Below are positions 10,401 to 19,208 of a DNA stretch of 64,000 bases, one piece after another; within the stretch, counting starts at the first letter, position 1; the number at the start of each line of letters is the position of its first letter. The notes beneath the pieces were generated by a model. It saw only the letters and a list, made by a program, of their open reading frames with translations, did no database searches and had not been told where the DNA came from. The DNA is from Campylobacterota bacterium (GTDB taxonomy: Bacteria > Campylobacterota > Campylobacteria > Campylobacterales > Arcobacteraceae), in contig JBNJFB010000001.1 in NCBI GenBank assembly GCA_051746405.1, positions 32,001 through 96,000 on the forward strand, read 5' to 3'. Both the position numbers and the translations under genes were made by a program.

Positions 10401-10811
10401 TTATCTTTTATCTAAACTATACTTTCCAGCACCAAATAAAAATATTGCAATTGAAGTTGTTATATAAAACATATGTAATTCAATAGCCCATGCTCCATGC
10501 TTTGTAAGTGTAAAAATTTTGTCTGCATATGGAAAAGCTAAAATAAACGCCATAGTACCTAAAATAAGTAGTGATGCAAGTTTTACTCTATACCCAACTA
10601 TTAACATTAAAGGAGCTAAAATTTCTCCAAGAAATACACCATAGGCAATAAAAGAAGGAAGACCATTACTCTCTAACATTCCCATTATTCCACCAATTCC
10701 ACCTTGTACTTTTGCTATACCATGAAAAAGCATTAAAACAGCAACTGAAACTCTTAGTATTAGTTTTCCTAAGTCATCATTTGTGTATGTACATAAACTA
10801 TTCAAACTCAT
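10401..10811 (-). CDS. DoxX family membrane protein
   Basis: LILRV..AVLMLFHG..K, GAGKYSLD C-terminus. Confidence 0.85.
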   Translation of the reverse strand: MSLNSLCTYTNDDLGKLILRVSVAVLMLFHGIAKVQGGIGGIMGMLESNGLPSFIAYGVFLGEILAPLMLIVGYRVKLASLLILGTMAFILAFPYADKIFTLTKHGAWAIELHMFYITTSIAIFLFGAGKYSLDKR

Positions 10812-11019
10812 TTTCTCCTTAAATAATATTATTTTGAAATATTATCTTAAAATATTTAATAAAATATTAATGACTAATTATAATAAATGTTTTATAATAG
10901 AGTTATACCTCATAGTTATTTGAACCGTTTATCACCAGTTTGAATATAGTTGCATAGAAAGTGAAATAATATGTCTTAAATTAGTCGCACCTTAAAAAAC
11001 AATAAAATTAACAAATATA

Positions 11020-12270
11020 TTGTTGATTATATCTCAGAATAAACACTGGAATAATCCTTATAAAGATTTGTATTAAAGAGATATATTTCATAACTTGGTT
11101 AAAAAACTAGAACTAAAACATATCCAAGTACTACAAGGTATAAGAAGAAGTGGTAAATCAACACTGTTTAAACTGCTAATAAATCACTTGAGTCAAACTA
11201 TAGACCCTCAAGAAATTTTATATATAAATCTTGATGATCCTTTTTTTATACCATACAGTGATGACCCTACAAAACTTTATGAAGTGATACAAACTGCTAA
11301 AAAACTAACACAAAAAAAGATCACTTATATATTTTTAGATGAGATACAAGCAATAAGTGGTTGGGAAAAATATATTAAAAGTGTGTATGATAGCCAAGAG
11401 TTTCAAAAGATTTTTATCACAGGTTCAAACTCTTCACTTTTAAATGGTGAGCTAGCTACTTTACTTACAGGTAGATATATCACTCAAAAAGTTTATCCCC
11501 TAACACTTAAAGAACTACTAAAAATAAACAATATCAACTCATATATGGAGCTTATACAAAATACTCCAAAGGTATTAAATATAGTTGACAATATGCTTAA
11601 CTTTGGCTCGTTTGTAGAAGTTTATGACAATAAAGAAGAATTTAGAAGAGAGATATTAAGTAGCTATTATGATACTATTTTATTGAAAGATTGTGTTACA
11701 AATAATGCCATAAGAGATGTTAAAAGTTTTAAAGAGTTAAGCTATTTTCTACTTTCAAATATAAGCTCATTGTATTCATACACTTCACTATCAAAAGCGA
11801 TTAAAATCAATGATAAAAGCATTAAAGAGTATATCTCATACCTAGAAGAGAGTTATTTGGTTGATGAGTTAAAACAATATTCGTTTTCACTCAAAGAGCA
11901 AAATAACTCAAAGAAAAAAATATATTGCAATGACAATGGTTTTGTATCTCTTAGCTATAGCTTTTCTAACAATAAAGGAAAACTTCTTGAAAATTTAGTT
12001 TATACAGAGCTGACAAGAAACAATTATGAGATATACTTTTACAACAAAAATTTTGAGTGTGATTTTATCGCAAAAAAAGAGGGTATTACAATTGCAATAC
12101 AAGTATGTTATGAGCTAACTTTACAAAATCAAGATAGAGAATTTCAATGTCTAAAAAAACTACCATTTGAAGTGGATGAAAAACACATAATCACATATAA
12201 CCAATCTGATTTAAAAGAGAACATCACAGTAACACCATTTTATAAATTCTTCTTTGAACCCATAGGTTAG
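11020..12270 (+). pseudogene. AAA+ ATPase (AAA_14/DUF4143 type) with an in-frame nonsense codon near the N-terminus; the ORF from TTG 11095 is otherwise intact
   Basis: Walker A GIRRSGKST, Walker B FLDEIQ, ITGSNS, LTGR, C-terminal LLEN..ECDF..AIQV. Upstream in frame reads ISQNKHWNNPYKDLY*RDIF with TAA at 11074-11076. 5' boundary approximate. Confidence 0.65.
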
Positions 12271-12289
12271 ATTTTTCTAACCTATTTTT
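12262..12289 (+). terminator. Intrinsic terminator after the AAA+ ATPase
   Basis: ATAGGTTAGA-TTTT-TCTAACCTAT followed by TTTT. Confidence 0.7.
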
Positions 12290-12373
12290 AACCTAAAGTG
12301 AAGATTTCTGACTATATCAGATTGACACAAAATTTTTAATACTCCTATCTAGTCGGATGAACCTCCTTGAAGT

Positions 12374-13075
12374 TCAATCTTCAATATTTTCTTGCATATA
12401 AGTTTTCATTGAAGGAAATGCTAAAGCACAAAGACAACCGCTTTCATTTTCGCTTTTGAAAAAACAGCCTAAATCAATATTAGCCTTAAAATCATTGATC
12501 TGTGGATTTTGCACTGGTGTATGGCCAAATACATTAAATATCTCGCTATTATCAAAGCTTTTATATCTTGAATATAAGCAATCATTTTCAAATGATTTAT
12601 AATCTTGTGAATCTTTATCATAATCTTTATATTTCCAAGTATTTAAGATATGAGAATGAGATACTACAAGGTGTCTATTATCTTTTGTTTTAAGATGTTT
12701 ATACTCTAAATATAAAGGTAAAGTTTTAAAGTAAGATATATGTTCTTGTAAAAGTTTTTTATCATTATCATAATTTTCTAAAGTCTCTTTACCGCCACAT
12801 TTATTAATCCAAAAACTTGATTCTTCATCTATTTTATTTGTTTTAAGTATTTCAGTTGCATTATCAATAAACATTATTTCATGATTACCTAAAACACAAT
12901 CATAGTTATTTGATTTTACAAACTCTATTACATCTTTTGAATTATTGCCTTTATCACATAAGTCACCTACAAAACATATATGAGATTTATCCTTTTGAGG
13001 TAGCTTACCTATTAGAGCTAATAAAGTTTTATAACAGCCATGAACATCACCAATTATATAAATATTTTCCATCAT
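12374..13075 (-). CDS. PPP-family (lambda/PphA-like) Ser/Thr protein phosphatase / metallophosphoesterase
   Basis: GDVHG, GDLCDKG, LGNHE, FGHTP, IDLG motifs. Confidence 0.85.
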   Translation of the reverse strand: MMENIYIIGDVHGCYKTLLALIGKLPQKDKSHICFVGDLCDKGNNSKDVIEFVKSNNYDCVLGNHEIMFIDNATEILKTNKIDEESSFWINKCGGKETLENYDNDKKLLQEHISYFKTLPLYLEYKHLKTKDNRHLVVSHSHILNTWKYKDYDKDSQDYKSFENDCLYSRYKSFDNSEIFNVFGHTPVQNPQINDFKANIDLGCFFKSENESGCLCALAFPSMKTYMQENIED

Positions 13076-13371
13076 TTAATTTTTACCTTTTTTTTATCTA
13101 TATCATCTAAAATTAGTTTTTTAAGATAAGCAGATTTTGTCATACCTGAATCTTTTACTATTTTTAAAAACTCATTATATTCATCTGCTTTTAGGTTTGT
13201 TGATATATTATTAAACTTACTTTGAGCTTTTTTTAAGCTCTCTCTTCTTTTTTTCTCTTTTTTCATTAAATCTTTTTTTTCTTTTTCCTTAATCATTATA
13301 GTACTTTTTACACTATACATATCTTTTGATATAGACCTGATATGATGGGCAATCTTGTCTAAGTTATCCAT
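13072..13371 (-). CDS. Small basic protein with probable C-terminal ribbon-helix-helix DNA-binding motif
   Basis: ISTNL..DEY.EF..IVKDSGMTKSAYLKKLI pattern. ATG at 13371 follows AAGGAG. Overlaps the phosphatase start. Confidence 0.6.
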   Translation of the reverse strand: MDNLDKIAHHIRSISKDMYSVKSTIMIKEKEKKDLMKKEKKRRESLKKAQSKFNNISTNLKADEYNEFLKIVKDSGMTKSAYLKKLILDDIDKKKVKIK

Positions 13372-13485
13372 TTTAAAATCTCCTTTTTTTTGCCAACTAA
13401 TCATTATGTATAATATTATATATAATACAAGCTTAACAGTAGTAATAGTAAAGTTTTACATAGATATTTTCTTAAAGGATTATAA

Positions 13486-13728
13486 ATGTTAAGTATTGAA
13501 GAGATTACAAGTACATTAAAAGATTCAAGTTTCTACGATAGTAGATTAGAGTTTAGTAATCTAAGTAATAAAGAGCTTTTAGATAAAGCAGCTGCACAAA
13601 AAGCACTTATATTAGATTATGAGGAGATAATCTTAGATAAGATAATAGAAATTGATGAGTTAGAAAATGAGATTAAGCAAGTTAGAGAGTCATTAATGGC
13701 TGAGATTATTAGAAATAAAAAGGTTTAA
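13486..13728 (+). CDS. Hypothetical acidic coiled-coil protein
   Basis: 80-aa ORF with AAGGA SD and heptad-like C-terminus; 2 nt from the next gene. Confidence 0.65.
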   Translation: MLSIEEITSTLKDSSFYDSRLEFSNLSNKELLDKAAAQKALILDYEEIILDKIIEIDELENEIKQVRESLMAEIIRNKKV

Positions 13729-13730
13729 TA

Positions 13731-14309
13731 ATGTGTAAAAAAAATATTGCTTATAGTTGTTTAACGTGTAAATCTGAGATTACTTTAACAAATAAAGAAA
13801 AATCAGCTGGTTTCTGTCCTGAGTGCCAAACGATTGATTTAGAAAAGATGAGTACTTTACTAAATAAAGTTGATGAAAATCAAAAACAACAAGTGCATAA
13901 TGATATTAAGCTAAAAGAGATTGAATATCCCTATAAAGTTAAACTAATATATGAGTTTAAAGTTTTTAAAAATCTAATTTCTCTTTTAAAAGGGTGTGGT
14001 TTACCAAAGTTTACTGATGATTTATCTGTTGATAAAAAAGATTTAGCTTCTGTTTTTAATGATAAACCAAATAGCAATATTTATTTACTAACTTTAGATT
14101 TAAGATCATTTAATGAGTTAGATTTAAATAAACTAAATTATTCAAAAGTGGTATTAGTTTTTTATATAAAAAAAGGTACCCCTATTAGCTTAATTACTGA
14201 TTTGTTAGATAACTTTAATACAAAAGATTTAAGTATTGATTTAATATTTGGAGTTGAACAAGAAGATATATTACAGCAAGAGCAAATGGTGGATATTTAT
14301 TATGCCTGA
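13731..14309 (+). CDS. Hypothetical protein: N-terminal Zn-ribbon plus C-terminal domain resembling the FtsZ C-terminal domain
   Basis: CLTC...CPEC; then DDLSVDKKDLASVF, KVVLVFYI, DLIFG. Similarity judged by eye only. Confidence 0.55.
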   Translation: MCKKNIAYSCLTCKSEITLTNKEKSAGFCPECQTIDLEKMSTLLNKVDENQKQQVHNDIKLKEIEYPYKVKLIYEFKVFKNLISLLKGCGLPKFTDDLSVDKKDLASVFNDKPNSNIYLLTLDLRSFNELDLNKLNYSKVVLVFYIKKGTPISLITDLLDNFNTKDLSIDLIFGVEQEDILQQEQMVDIYYA

Positions 14310-14346
14310 TTTTTGAAAGTACCACAGAAAAGTCAAGGGAAAAATT

Positions 14347-15558
14347 CTAAAATAAGACAAACTGATTAAAAATATCACTTGCATATTTTTCAGATATGTT
14401 AACTTCTTTTGCATAAGTTTTAAATCTTGATACTGCACTACAAACTTCATCGATTATATTTTTATAATCTTTAATACCATGTTTTAATGCAAGTTCTTCA
14501 AGATGTTTTCTTGTGGGATTTTTTCCCTCATTTAGATATGTAGTACTATGTTCACCTCCAGGTCCATATGAAAAAGTAAGATCATATGCAGGTGCAAATT
14601 TCCAGTTGTTTTTATAGTCTAAAATAAAAGAGAAGTTTTTAGCATGGTCATCTCTATTATGAGTAACTAGATTAAAAATAGCTAACCTATATACTTTTAT
14701 AACTTCTTTAATATCTTTAGTTAAGTTAAAAGTCAAAGCTAATATATCATCATAATCAACTGTAGGTACTCTAAAATCACTATGAACCATACCAGCTAGA
14801 GAATGCATATGAATTCTCTCATCTTTATTTCTGTCGAATCTTTTTATTGAAAAGTAGCTATTATCTTTTCCATGAAGTAATTTAGTTTTGGTCATCTCTA
14901 TTTTGGCATCCTTTGCCATCAAAGAGTAAATATACTCTAGCTTTCCAATATAAAAACTATCTGAACTACTAGGAAATTTTACTAAATAGTGTTCATATCC
15001 ACTAGTTAATTTCTGATTACCTGATAAAATTTCATTTTTATCATTTATTTGAATCATCACTTTTGGTCTTGCACCTGCACTTGAACCGTTATTTGCAACT
15101 AATGTTTCAATATTTTCTTCATTTGTACCTTTTAAAATCTCTAATGATGATGTAGCTAACTTATCTAAACTTAAAAATTTGTTATTGTTTAACGTTTGAA
15201 TTATTGGTTCATAGCTTAAAGCTCCTGTTCCATAATCTCCAATTAGCATAAGTCTATCTAATGCTGTAATCTCACTTAGATTAAATCTTTGTGAAAGAAG
15301 ATATCTATCCATAAGCAATCTTCCCCAACCATCAGGTAAAGAATCAGCAAATAATCCAAATAAACCATCAAATATATTATCATAATCTGTAAAAACACCA
15401 CTTTTTAAAGGAAGTTTGTAAGGGGATAGTTCAATGCCAGTATTTAAAAAGTCCTTGTCATACTCAAAATAAATCTTTCTATTATTCAATACTAGTCTTC
15501 CAACTTTTAGTTTTTCGTGAGCTTTATTATAAAAAACGTTGACTAGTTTATTACTCAT
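14347..15558 (-). CDS. hipA: HipA family toxin kinase
   Basis: N-terminal coupled domain (DSLPDGWG), SSAGARPK, YLVKF, NRDDHAKNFS, PAYDL. Confidence 0.92.
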   Translation of the reverse strand: MSNKLVNVFYNKAHEKLKVGRLVLNNRKIYFEYDKDFLNTGIELSPYKLPLKSGVFTDYDNIFDGLFGLFADSLPDGWGRLLMDRYLLSQRFNLSEITALDRLMLIGDYGTGALSYEPIIQTLNNNKFLSLDKLATSSLEILKGTNEENIETLVANNGSSAGARPKVMIQINDKNEILSGNQKLTSGYEHYLVKFPSSSDSFYIGKLEYIYSLMAKDAKIEMTKTKLLHGKDNSYFSIKRFDRNKDERIHMHSLAGMVHSDFRVPTVDYDDILALTFNLTKDIKEVIKVYRLAIFNLVTHNRDDHAKNFSFILDYKNNWKFAPAYDLTFSYGPGGEHSTTYLNEGKNPTRKHLEELALKHGIKDYKNIIDEVCSAVSRFKTYAKEVNISEKYASDIFNQFVLF

Positions 15559-15869
15559 CTTATACTACCTCTTTTTTTGGTTATTTGGGAGTCTTTTTTT
15601 AAAATCTCATCTAAAGAGTTTATACTCTCTTCTTTTTTATTTGCAATATCCAAAAAATCATCTAAACAGTCAAGAATAACTGATAGTTTCAAAAGTGATT
15701 CCAAAGATATTTGTCCAGTTCTTTCAAATCTTTTAAGACTTCCAAGACTAACACCACTTTTTTTAGAAAGACCCTCTTGTGTTAAATCAAGATTTAATCT
15801 TTTCTGTTTAAAATTCTCTTTCAAGTGTTGTTTAACAAAGTCAGGTGTATTAAAACTAATAGATAACAT
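15555..15869 (-). CDS. HipB-like XRE HTH antitoxin
   Basis: LTQEGLSKKSGVSLGSLKRFERTG HTH; 4-bp overlap with hipA. Confidence 0.88.
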   Translation of the reverse strand: MLSISFNTPDFVKQHLKENFKQKRLNLDLTQEGLSKKSGVSLGSLKRFERTGQISLESLLKLSVILDCLDDFLDIANKKEESINSLDEILKKDSQITKKRGSIR

Positions 15870-16009
15870 GTTAATCCTTAATTGCTTTATATTGCTATTA
15901 TAGCTAATATTTAATCTATAAATTATTAATCTAACTTTAGTTTATCAAAAAACTACAAAACTTAGATATAATAAATCAAAAATATTTAATAAAGAACGGA
16001 ATAACCAAA

Positions 16010-16837
16010 ATGGATAAAAGAATTGAAATAGGTAGAGTTAATACTTTAAAAGTAAATAGGGTGACAGAGTACGGGCTATTTTTAATAGCAAAAGATGAAG
16101 AGGAAGTTCTTCTACCAAATGCATACATAGATAAAAGTATGCATATAGATAGTTTAATTGAGGTATTTATTTACACAGATAGTGAAGATAGATTAGTAGC
16201 AACTACGCTTAAGCCTTATGTTTACTTAGATAAGTTAGCATCATTAGAAGTTGTTGATATTGCAAGTTTTGGTGCTTTTGTTGATATAGGTTTACCAAAG
16301 CATATATTAGTACCACAAAATAAACAAAAAACTAACTTTAAAGTTGGTGATTATAAAGTACTGCAACTACAATTAGATGACAGAACCAATAGATTAATAG
16401 CAATTGAAAAGTTTAAACTATCAAACAATAATATAAGATATGAAGTAAATGATGAGGTTGATATCTTAGTTTACTCTAAAACTCCACTTGGATTTAAAGT
16501 AGTAGTAAATAATAAAAATGATGGGATGCTTTTTCATAATGAAATATTTGAAAGTGTAAATGTGGGCGATAGAAAAAGAGCCTATATTAAAAATGTTAGA
16601 GATGATAACAAGCTTGATATATCTTTGCAAAAAATCGGAAAAAAGATTGATGATGATAAAATTTTATATGTATTAAGTCAAAATAATGATAGGATGAACT
16701 TCACATACAAAAGTAATCCAGAAGATATTAAACAGATTTTTGGTATGAGTAAAAAGGCTTTTAAAGCCACATTGACAAAGCTTCTAAATGAGAATAAGAT
16801 TGTCTTAGAAAATGGTTATATTAGAACCAAACTATAA
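16010..16837 (+). CDS. CvfB family S1 RNA-binding protein
   Basis: EVLLPN, VFIYTDSEDR, GAFVDIGLPK, FGMSKKAFK motifs. Confidence 0.88.
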   Translation: MDKRIEIGRVNTLKVNRVTEYGLFLIAKDEEEVLLPNAYIDKSMHIDSLIEVFIYTDSEDRLVATTLKPYVYLDKLASLEVVDIASFGAFVDIGLPKHILVPQNKQKTNFKVGDYKVLQLQLDDRTNRLIAIEKFKLSNNNIRYEVNDEVDILVYSKTPLGFKVVVNNKNDGMLFHNEIFESVNVGDRKRAYIKNVRDDNKLDISLQKIGKKIDDDKILYVLSQNNDRMNFTYKSNPEDIKQIFGMSKKAFKATLTKLLNENKIVLENGYIRTKL

Positions 16838-16850
16838 AAAAAGGACTATT

Positions 16851-17357
16851 ATGGGATCAACAAAATTAAAAGGTAATACAGTATATTTGACAGGACATGA
16901 CATAAGTGTAGGTAGCAAGGCACCTTTAGTTGAGTTAGTAACTAAAGATTTATCAACTATTAAAGTAGGTGGTGAAAAAGAGAAAAATCAAATAATTGTA
17001 GTAGTTCCCTCACTAGATACACCTGTTTGTGCATCTGAAGCTAGAAAGTTTAATGAAGAAGCTTCAAGTATTGAAAATACTGAGGTTACTATTGTATCTA
17101 TGGATTTACCATTTGCAATGGGTAGGTTTTGTACAACTGAAGGAATAGAAAACCTAAGAGTTGCATCTGATTTTAGAGCTAAAGAGTTTGCAAATGCATA
17201 TGGTGTACTTTTAAAAGATGGAGCACTAGCTGGATTAACTGCAAGGGCTATTTTTATTGTGGATACAAAAGGAAAGGTAGTATATAAAGAGGTTTGTCCT
17301 GAAATAACAGAAGAACCACACTATGATAAGGTACTACAAGCTGCTAAAAAAATCTAA
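16851..17357 (+). CDS. tpx: Thiol peroxidase Tpx
   Basis: VPSLDTPVC, SMDLPFA.RFC. ATG at 16851 follows AAGGA. Confidence 0.93.
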   Translation: MGSTKLKGNTVYLTGHDISVGSKAPLVELVTKDLSTIKVGGEKEKNQIIVVVPSLDTPVCASEARKFNEEASSIENTEVTIVSMDLPFAMGRFCTTEGIENLRVASDFRAKEFANAYGVLLKDGALAGLTARAIFIVDTKGKVVYKEVCPEITEEPHYDKVLQAAKKI

Positions 17358-17431
17358 AAAATCTCTTTAGACTAAACGTACTCTTCACATAAAAGGTATA
17401 AAATAGCCTTATAAATATGTGAAGGATACGT

Positions 17432-18388
17432 ATGAATATAATAAAAAAACCATCTTATAACATAAGTGAAAATGAAGTAACTCCCCAAGAGTTATTTAAT
17501 AAAAGAAGAAGCTTTATAAAACTAGGTGCTGCATCTTTAGTATCAAGTGGTGCTATTCTTGAAGCATTAGCAAAAGAGAGTTTACCAACTAAAAATCTAA
17601 ACTTTATAGAAGATAAAAATCAAAACAGTCTAGACTTAACTAGCTATGAAAAAATAACATCTTATAATAATTTTTATGAATTTACTACTTCAAAAAGCGA
17701 AGTTCAAAACTTAGCAAAAGATATGGATACAAGTAACTGGGAAATAGAAGTGAGTGGTTTAGTTGAAAAAGAGCATATCTTTGATTTGAATAAGTTTTTA
17801 TCAAAAGTACAACTTGAAGAGCGAATATATAGGTTTAGATGTGTTGAGGGCTGGTCTATGGTCGTACCATGGATTGGTTTTCCTTTAAAAGAGCTAATTA
17901 AGCAGTTAAAACCCTTATCTGATGCAAAATATATAAGATTTGAAACAAAATATGATGAACAGATGTTTCCCAACCAAGGTAGCCTATTTCCAACTATTTC
18001 ATACCCTTATGTTGAGGGTTTAAGAATTGATGAGGCTATGAATGATTTAACTATAATGGCTGTGGGGTTATATGGTGCAAAGATGCCAAACCAAAATGGA
18101 GCTCCAATAAGACTTATAGTTCCTTGGAAGTATGGATTTAAATCAGTTAAAACAATTGCAAAGATATCATTTACAAATAAGCAACCCATAAACTCATGGC
18201 AAAAAGAAAACTCTAGAGAGTATGGCTTTTATGCAAATGTAAATCCAAATGTGGACCATCCAAGATGGTCTCAAAAAACTGAAAGAGTTTTAGGGAAGTT
18301 TTTTAAACAAAAAACCTTGATGTTTAATGGTTATGAAAAACAGGTGGCTTATTTATATAAGGGAATGGATTTAACAAAGTTTATATGA
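17432..18388 (+). CDS. msrP: Protein-methionine-sulfoxide reductase catalytic subunit
   Basis: Tat motif RRSFIK, YNNFYEF, RFRCVEGWSMVVPW, HPRWSQ. Confidence 0.95.
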   Translation: MNIIKKPSYNISENEVTPQELFNKRRSFIKLGAASLVSSGAILEALAKESLPTKNLNFIEDKNQNSLDLTSYEKITSYNNFYEFTTSKSEVQNLAKDMDTSNWEIEVSGLVEKEHIFDLNKFLSKVQLEERIYRFRCVEGWSMVVPWIGFPLKELIKQLKPLSDAKYIRFETKYDEQMFPNQGSLFPTISYPYVEGLRIDEAMNDLTIMAVGLYGAKMPNQNGAPIRLIVPWKYGFKSVKTIAKISFTNKQPINSWQKENSREYGFYANVNPNVDHPRWSQKTERVLGKFFKQKTLMFNGYEKQVAYLYKGMDLTKFI

Positions 18389-18945
18389 TGAGAAAAGTTA
18401 TAATAAATTTAGTATTTGTTTTACCTTTGGTTTATCTATTAAGCCAATTATTTATCTTTGAAGTAGCTGATCCTATAAAATATATTTATACTATTACAGG
18501 AGTTGCGGGGACAGTTATTCTTTTTTTATCAATAACTATTTCTATGATTAAGAAAAGAGTGAATCTTATAAAATATAGAAGAGCTATTGGTTTGTGGGGA
18601 TTTTTTTATGCATTTTTACATATGTTGAATTTTATAATATTTGATGCACAAATGAGTTTTAGTTTTGTATTAAAAGAGACTTTAGATAAACCTTTTATTT
18701 ATCTTGGAATGATTGCTATGTTTATACTTTTATTTATGGCTATTACTTCAACTAAAAGATTATTTAAAAAGTTTAAAAAGTTTCATAGAGCTATCTACAT
18801 AGCATTGCTACTTATTACTATTCATTTTGTTATGGCTCAAAAATCAATAAATATAGAGCTTTTTATATATGTGGGAGTTATTATTTTAATAGGGTATTAT
18901 AAGCTCTTACAGATAATTGTAAAGAATAATAATGTTTCTACTTAA
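18385..18945 (+). CDS. msrQ: Protein-methionine-sulfoxide reductase heme-binding subunit
   Basis: RRAIGL..FFYA.LH, AITS, conserved His residues; follows msrP. Confidence 0.9.
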   Translation: MMRKVIINLVFVLPLVYLLSQLFIFEVADPIKYIYTITGVAGTVILFLSITISMIKKRVNLIKYRRAIGLWGFFYAFLHMLNFIIFDAQMSFSFVLKETLDKPFIYLGMIAMFILLFMAITSTKRLFKKFKKFHRAIYIALLLITIHFVMAQKSINIELFIYVGVIILIGYYKLLQIIVKNNNVST

Positions 18946-19009
18946 GTAGTTAACTATTCATTAATTATTGATTATATATTAGTTAATGTTCCTTTGTTAC
19001 AATTAATTC

Positions 19010-19130
19010 ATAGATAGGTTGACGCAGCGACTTATTTATAAACATATAAGATAGAATTTTCTTAATATGAATAATTTTTTTTATGTTTCCTTGTGTTAAA
19101 AAGGGGTGCTAGTCTTAGTGCCCTTTTTTT
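19010..19130 (+). ncRNA. Candidate ~120-nt small RNA
   Basis: Extended -10 TGtTACAAT at 18995-19003, 5' hairpin, terminator-like hairpin with T7 ending at 19130, no credible ORF. Confidence 0.45.
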
Positions 19131-19208
19131 ATTTCAAACTTCAATAAGTCTTAATTAATTTATGCTAATATTTCAAAATGAATAACTCCACTATGAAAAT
19201 CAAATAAT

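Noticed and set aside
12299..12383. Hammerhead ribozyme reading of the three-way junction
   Set aside because: CUGANGA and GAAA cores are not correctly placed on either strand.
10849..15993. 15-bp direct repeat AAAATATTTAATAAA (10849-10863 and 15979-15993) as island att sites
   Set aside because: Pure A/T sequence in very AT-rich spacers is plausible by chance, and there is no integrase.
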